This document shows positions 58,936 to 64,000 of a stretch of 64,000 bases of DNA, piece after piece (position 1 is the first letter of the stretch; each line of letters opens with the position of its first letter). Under the pieces are notes generated by a model. That model did no database searches. It was not told the DNA's origin and saw only the letters and a program-made list of their open reading frames with translations. Source of the stretch: Candidatus Woesearchaeota archaeon (GTDB lineage: Archaea > Nanobdellota > Nanobdellia > Woesearchaeales > UBA10216). The stretch covers positions 7,756 through 71,755 of the forward strand of contig NZCN01000010.1 of the NCBI GenBank assembly GCA_002688315.1, read 5' to 3'. Made by a program: the position numbers and the translations under genes.

Positions 58936-59343
58936 ATGAGTTATGAAGAATTACTGAAGCGGGCAAGAAAAGACTTGCCAGAGCTTTCTGAAGAAGTTGC
59001 AAGGTTTGAAGTGCCTAAGGTAAGAGGGCATATTCAAGGCAATAAAACTATCATAAGCAATTTTCACCAGATTGCGCAAGCTGTAGGAAGAGACGTTGAA
59101 CACCTGCTCAAATACGTTCTGAGAGAACTAGCAACTCCAGGCGACTTAACAAGCTCTGCATTGATAGTTGGAACAAAAACTCCTGCTTCAAGAATAAATG
59201 AAAAAATACAGCAATATGTGAAAGATTTTGTTATGTGCTCTGAGTGCAACAGACCAGACACAAAACTTGTAAAAGAAGACAAAATCAATTTCATAAAGTG
59301 TTCTGTTTGTGGTGCAAAGCATCCGGTAAGAGCAAAACTATGA
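58936..59343 (+). CDS. eif2b: Translation initiation factor 2 beta
   Basis: RFEVP, ELAT, CSEC..PDT, CSVCGA. Confidence 0.95.
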   Translation: MSYEELLKRARKDLPELSEEVARFEVPKVRGHIQGNKTIISNFHQIAQAVGRDVEHLLKYVLRELATPGDLTSSALIVGTKTPASRINEKIQQYVKDFVMCSECNRPDTKLVKEDKINFIKCSVCGAKHPVRAKL

Positions 59344-59636
59344 TTCTAACAAAAGTCCATGTTGTTAACGGCAGAAAATTAGTAGCTATTTGCGATGAAG
59401 AGCTTATAGGCAAAAAATTTGAAGAAAACGACTTGCAGCTTGACTTAACAGGAAGTTTTTACAAAGGGGAGCAAGTTAATGAAGAAGAATTAAAGAAATT
59501 ATTAGAGAATGCTTATGTTGTTAATTTTGCAGGTAAAGAGTCTGTTGAGTTTGGAATAAAAAACAGTTTTATAAAGAAAGAGAATGTACTTACTGTTTCT
59601 GGTGTGCCGCATGCTCAGGCTTTTGTTATGGAGTAA
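59340..59636 (+). CDS. DUF424 family protein
   Basis: AICD.ELIG, FYKG, N..G, VPHAQ. Confidence 0.88.
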   Translation: MILTKVHVVNGRKLVAICDEELIGKKFEENDLQLDLTGSFYKGEQVNEEELKKLLENAYVVNFAGKESVEFGIKNSFIKKENVLTVSGVPHAQAFVME

Positions 59637-62600
59637 TTAACCAAACCACTTGCCTAAGCCTTCCTGCCGGTCTTTTTCTTTTCCGAAGACTTCTGCTATG
59701 CGTTGCTTTGTAAGTTCGAGAACCTGAATTAAGTATGGAGAGACTGTATATTTTTCTGCAAGGCTTACTGCAGGCTCAAGATACTTAGTAACAGTGCCCT
59801 CAGATACTGTAAATATAATTCTATTACCGCAATTATCACAATTTCCTGCTAATAATGGGCGTCTGAATTTTTTATTGCATTTAACGCAGCGGAATTGTTG
59901 GTTAGAGAACTTTCTCAGATTACCGCGAATGTCTCTGAGCAAATGTTTTTCAACAACAAGCTTTGCTACATCCTGAGAATCAACAGCGCGTATTTTCTCT
60001 GCCAGTATCATCTGGCCTTTTAATTTTTCTTCCATTGAAGGAAGAGTTTTGTAAGCACTTAATAAGACGCCAGAGTTTATGTTATCAAGCTCATGAGTAT
60101 AGCCAATCTCTTCGTATTGTTTTTCAGTATCGAGTCTTGTTCCTAAAAGCTCTATTTTCATGTTAAAAGGCATCTTATATTCAGAAGCAGCTTCGTAAAA
60201 CTCTAAAGGATACTTCCAAGCTACGTCAAACCTATGCGCCATGTCATCCACTTCTGCTGGGATAATTCTGGGAATGAGAACAAGAGGGGAATCCATTGTT
60301 TTTGCCCCTCTTGTATCAGGAAGATATTGCCTTGAAAAATTAAGTAACGCGTCCATTGCAAGAATTACACAAGCTTCATCTCCATCAGCATCGCGTCTCA
60401 TTGCAGCATGGAATAATGGATGTGCGAGCATTCCTTGTGTTTTTGAAAAACCAATTATTCTGCCAGCAACACCTGCAGATATGTGCGGGGCTAATCCAAT
60501 TACTAATTGGCCTATCAAATCTTGTTTCTTTTCAACATTATAAAAAGGTTTAAGGCCATAAAGCGTAACAAGAGCTTCGTCGATAAAGTTCGCTATTCGC
60601 AACAAAACAGTATCCGCACTGTCTTCAACAGCTTCCGGACTTGAAGGAAGTATAACATCCTGCGGTTTTATTTCAACAATTTGCTCAGGAGAAACTATTG
60701 GCTTTCCATGGATATCTTTGGTATAGCCAAACTTAACTATTGTTTCGACAGACGCTCCTATTTCACCAGGCTTGAAATGTGTTATAGGAAGTTCACTCAT
60801 ATCATATCTTGTTGTGCCGTCTTTATTTACAGAAATATTGTGTTTAGCCCGCAATATTCCTTTTAACAGATTTTCCGGGATATGATCACGGTTAGAAGTG
60901 CCTCTAACACCTTTGATAAGTTCTGGATATATTCGTTCTTTAAGTTTTTTGCATGCAGAGTTATAATAGTGTTTTATGTCTATGGCTTGTTTAATAAAGG
61001 GAGATGGATTGTGAACGCATTGTTTTATTTTACCGCAGATATCACAGTTGAATATTTGCGTAGTTTTTGCATCGCACCGTTCACAAATCTTATAAATAGT
61101 ATCTTCCTTACAACCATCACAAAAATAAGTGGGGAAATCTGTTACAATTTTTCCTATTTCAAGAGCAGACTGTATTGAACGCAAACGTCCTCCTTGTTCT
61201 CCAACCGGAAAGAGAGTGTGTGGATTTCCAATCATTTTACGCATTTTGGCTTTTTCCGGCCTGCCCATTCTTGCTCCAATAAATGTTCCGCATTTATCTC
61301 TAAGTTTAATAGAAGAGAGTTTTTTGACAACATCGAGTGTAGTTAACTGCAGATTTTCATCAACAACTTTTTTTTGTTGCTCTATGTTTGTAAGGTTTTC
61401 ATTAAGGCCTAAAGAAGCTATAAGAGCCATGCTATCCTCAGCTTCAATCACAACAAATTCTCCAGAAACTTTATGAGGAACTCCAAGAAGCTCTAATGTT
61501 CTTTTTTCTTCAGAAATTGTTAATACAAGTTTTGAGTCAGAAATTTTTGATTTACCGAGATATAAAATAAGAGATGATAGTTTGTCTGGATTAATTCCAT
61601 TCCAATAATATGTGTATCTTGGATGTAAAGGAATTTGAAGCTTTTGAGAAATAAGAATTGATTGTTTTGCAGAAGGGGCAGAAGGAAACTTGAAAGATAT
61701 ATATTCATCATACAGTTTTTTAATATCCGGCTCTTCTTCGGCAAGGTTAACATTTTCCAGTTCGCGTTTATGCCACTCTTCACAGTATCCGGCAGGAACT
61801 AAAACATGATTGCGGTCGTAAAAATCACCATATCCAACCAGTAAATCACCCAAATAAAGTATTTCAGTGACTTCTTTTGCATATTCTTTGGCTTGGACTT
61901 CTGTGTCAAATCTTAAAACACTGCCATCTGCAAGTTTAACAATAGGCCCGTCAATAGATTCGCAAGGAGTAATAGCTGCTGCTTTTCCAGGGCGCTCTAC
62001 CTTAAGTTGAGTGCCTGTTGCAACATATTTGTCTAAAACAGTTAAAGTTGCAGGGTTAATCCCTGCTGCTGAATAACCACTCATTCTTGTGTGGCCATAC
62101 CTTAATCTAAAACCACCAACTTGCAAAGGATATGTTAAAACTGGTCTGCCAGCAACCAAATCAGAAATAAAAGTATAATCTGCAATTATTTTTGAAGTTA
62201 CTTCTTCTGATTTGCTTTTTTTCTTAACTTGCAATTCAATAAATTCTTGAATAAAATCCCAATCAACATTAAACTCATTCTGAATGCGTTTTAGCTCTTT
62301 CCATAGTTTTGGCGCTTTAAGAGCAAGCATAGATACTACTAAACAAACCCCTCCGCGTATCTTATTGGTTTCAATCCTTGGCAAGTCTTTGAACTGGCTC
62401 ACTTCAAGTTTTTCAGTAGGGTTTCCGTCAATTTCAATAGGGCAATTTTTAATGAGGAACTTTATTTCATCGCTGCTTGGCCTGTATTGAAGATTGGTAA
62501 CACGCTCATGATAATCATCAAGCTCTACAGCAGCTCTGTTCTGCTCTTCAATAGTTGCGTCAAAAGCAGCATACCCGTTTTTTAGCCTAACATAATTTGC

Positions 62601-63107
62601 AACAACCAAACAAAAGGTCATTGCTGTCCCTCCAGCGCCTCTGATAGGACCAGAAAACATGGCTGAGAAATATTCCTTGCCGTCTCGTGTTTTTTTGATT
62701 TTAAGTTCTGTAAAGCCTTCTAACGGAGCTGAAACAACCCCAATAGTAAGGTAAGCAAATCCCGCCCTAATCCCTGTTTGCATGGCTTCCCGCTTATTAT
62801 CAAATTTGCAGAATTTGTTATTTGCAACTTCGTCTGCTATAACCATAGCAACTTCTAATGTAAGAGCGCCGTATTTTTTCTCTAGCTCTTCAATACGATT
62901 AGCTAAACCACTTCCAATTATTTCGGGCTTTATCGCGCTTAGTAAACCTTCAACACGCTCTGCCATGTTTTTAGTCAGAGGAATATCAACTTTTTCTTCA
63001 GGATCAAAACCTTTAGAACGGGCTTCATTAGCAACTTCATACAAGTGAGTAAGCTCTGAATCAATTTCAGAAAAATAACGTTCCATTTCAGGAGAAGCTT
63101 CTGGCAT
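59637..63107 (-). CDS. polC: DNA polymerase D large subunit DP2
   Basis: GPIRGAGGT, RMGRPEK, RRDADGDE, C-terminal Zn finger. Confidence 0.98.
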   Translation of the reverse strand: MPEASPEMERYFSEIDSELTHLYEVANEARSKGFDPEEKVDIPLTKNMAERVEGLLSAIKPEIIGSGLANRIEELEKKYGALTLEVAMVIADEVANNKFCKFDNKREAMQTGIRAGFAYLTIGVVSAPLEGFTELKIKKTRDGKEYFSAMFSGPIRGAGGTAMTFCLVVANYVRLKNGYAAFDATIEEQNRAAVELDDYHERVTNLQYRPSSDEIKFLIKNCPIEIDGNPTEKLEVSQFKDLPRIETNKIRGGVCLVVSMLALKAPKLWKELKRIQNEFNVDWDFIQEFIELQVKKKSKSEEVTSKIIADYTFISDLVAGRPVLTYPLQVGGFRLRYGHTRMSGYSAAGINPATLTVLDKYVATGTQLKVERPGKAAAITPCESIDGPIVKLADGSVLRFDTEVQAKEYAKEVTEILYLGDLLVGYGDFYDRNHVLVPAGYCEEWHKRELENVNLAEEEPDIKKLYDEYISFKFPSAPSAKQSILISQKLQIPLHPRYTYYWNGINPDKLSSLILYLGKSKISDSKLVLTISEEKRTLELLGVPHKVSGEFVVIEAEDSMALIASLGLNENLTNIEQQKKVVDENLQLTTLDVVKKLSSIKLRDKCGTFIGARMGRPEKAKMRKMIGNPHTLFPVGEQGGRLRSIQSALEIGKIVTDFPTYFCDGCKEDTIYKICERCDAKTTQIFNCDICGKIKQCVHNPSPFIKQAIDIKHYYNSACKKLKERIYPELIKGVRGTSNRDHIPENLLKGILRAKHNISVNKDGTTRYDMSELPITHFKPGEIGASVETIVKFGYTKDIHGKPIVSPEQIVEIKPQDVILPSSPEAVEDSADTVLLRIANFIDEALVTLYGLKPFYNVEKKQDLIGQLVIGLAPHISAGVAGRIIGFSKTQGMLAHPLFHAAMRRDADGDEACVILAMDALLNFSRQYLPDTRGAKTMDSPLVLIPRIIPAEVDDMAHRFDVAWKYPLEFYEAASEYKMPFNMKIELLGTRLDTEKQYEEIGYTHELDNINSGVLLSAYKTLPSMEEKLKGQMILAEKIRAVDSQDVAKLVVEKHLLRDIRGNLRKFSNQQFRCVKCNKKFRRPLLAGNCDNCGNRIIFTVSEGTVTKYLEPAVSLAEKYTVSPYLIQVLELTKQRIAEVFGKEKDRQEGLGKWFG

Positions 63108-63146
63108 AAACTAAGAATAAAAGGATTCTTTTTATTGTTTTTGCAC

Positions 63147-64000
63147 TTATTTCCCAAAATTAATGATAGAAGCGTCTCTTGTTTTCAGGTTAATCAAAGG
63201 AAGCCGTGCTGGTTGCGGGTTATGACCAAGGCGTTCCTGGAAAGAAGTCATTGATTGCCAGCAGGAACTGTTGACTAACGTTGTTGCTTTGTAATTGGAA
63301 ACAGAAGTGCGATGGATATGCCCCGCAATAAAAAAATCAGGAACAGGATCTATAAATAAAGCATCATAGTCTAATGTTGGATTAATTAAAGTTGAAGTGT
63401 GGGCAGGAGCTAAATGACGGCGCTTCAGCAAGAAATTCATTATTAAGTCTGCTCTTTCATAACCTCCATTCATTCTTATTGAGTCAACGTTAGCAACATA
63501 ATAATCAAAGCTGTAACCGTGGTAGAGAAGGCAATTAAATCCTGAAAATCCTTCTTTTGCGCCTATTCTTATAGTTGCAGGATTGGAAACAAGCAAAACG
63601 TTCTTTAGCTTTGTTAATTCTTGAGAGAATTGGTTATTAAGAGGTGGTTGAGGCTCTGCCATTCTAACAGCATCGTGATTTCCTGGACTAATAACAATGT
63701 TAATGTGTTTAGGAATTTCAGAAAGAAGTTTTGTGCAAGTTCCATACTGTTTTTTAATATCAAGTGTTGTAAGTTCTGAGTCTTGATTGTTATAAACACC
63801 TATTCCATCAACTATATCTCCTGCAATGAGTATGTATTTTAGCTTCTCTGCAATCTTTTTTTGTTTTTGGTTTCCCGTCTCAAGGTTAACCCAACTTAAA
63901 AAACGGTTAAACTCGTCTGGCATAAATTGTTTTGAGCCAAAATGCAAATCTGACATACATGCAAGATACTCTTCATCTGGAGATTTTTTTATGTCAACAG
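63147..64000 (-). CDS. polB: DNA polymerase D small subunit DP1 (5' end beyond window)
   Basis: SDLHFGS, AGDIVDG, PGNHD, YHG, RRHLAP, GHIH. Confidence 0.95.
   Translation of the reverse strand, partial: VDIKKSPDEEYLACMSDLHFGSKQFMPDEFNRFLSWVNLETGNQKQKKIAEKLKYILIAGDIVDGIGVYNNQDSELTTLDIKKQYGTCTKLLSEIPKHINIVISPGNHDAVRMAEPQPPLNNQFSQELTKLKNVLLVSNPATIRIGAKEGFSGFNCLLYHGYSFDYYVANVDSIRMNGGYERADLIMNFLLKRRHLAPAHTSTLINPTLDYDALFIDPVPDFFIAGHIHRTSVSNYKATTLVNSSCWQSMTSFQERLGHNPQPARLPLINLKTRDASIINFGK

Noticed and set aside
1..64000. CRISPR arrays, rRNA genes, transposases, integrases, proviruses
   Set aside because: None seen in the window.

Overview
Archaeal chromosomal segment of mostly core genes; gene content and compact, often leaderless or coupled organisation suggest DPANN/Woesearchaeota (inference). 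It holds glycosylation and nucleotide-sugar genes, rps2, radB, type II GAPDH, a regulator-led suf operon, glpX, a B12-dependent ribonucleotide reductase operon (nrdJ, Zn-ribbon microprotein, pduO, nrdR) with dut, two PIN toxin-antitoxin pairs, the rps13-rps4-rps11-rpoD-tRNA-Leu-rpl18e-rpl13-rps9-rpoN cluster, leuS, SRP RNA, trpS, topA, tbp-mcm-aIF2beta and polD. Most notable: a free-standing HTH + LAGLIDADG cassette sits at the 5' end of topA, between a 12-codon orphan topA start and a synonymously recoded replacement start, all chained by ATGA overlaps. Also notable: an RNR Cys tail encoded as a separate 44-aa gene, tandem NrdR boxes behind a TATA box, two unannotated structured intergenic RNA candidates, an ORB-like element upstream of tbp-mcm, candidate ribosomal leaders, an acyl-CoA ligase fused to a rearranged GNAT-like domain, and several microproteins missed by the ORF track. 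All calls come from motif recognition by eye; no searches were run.
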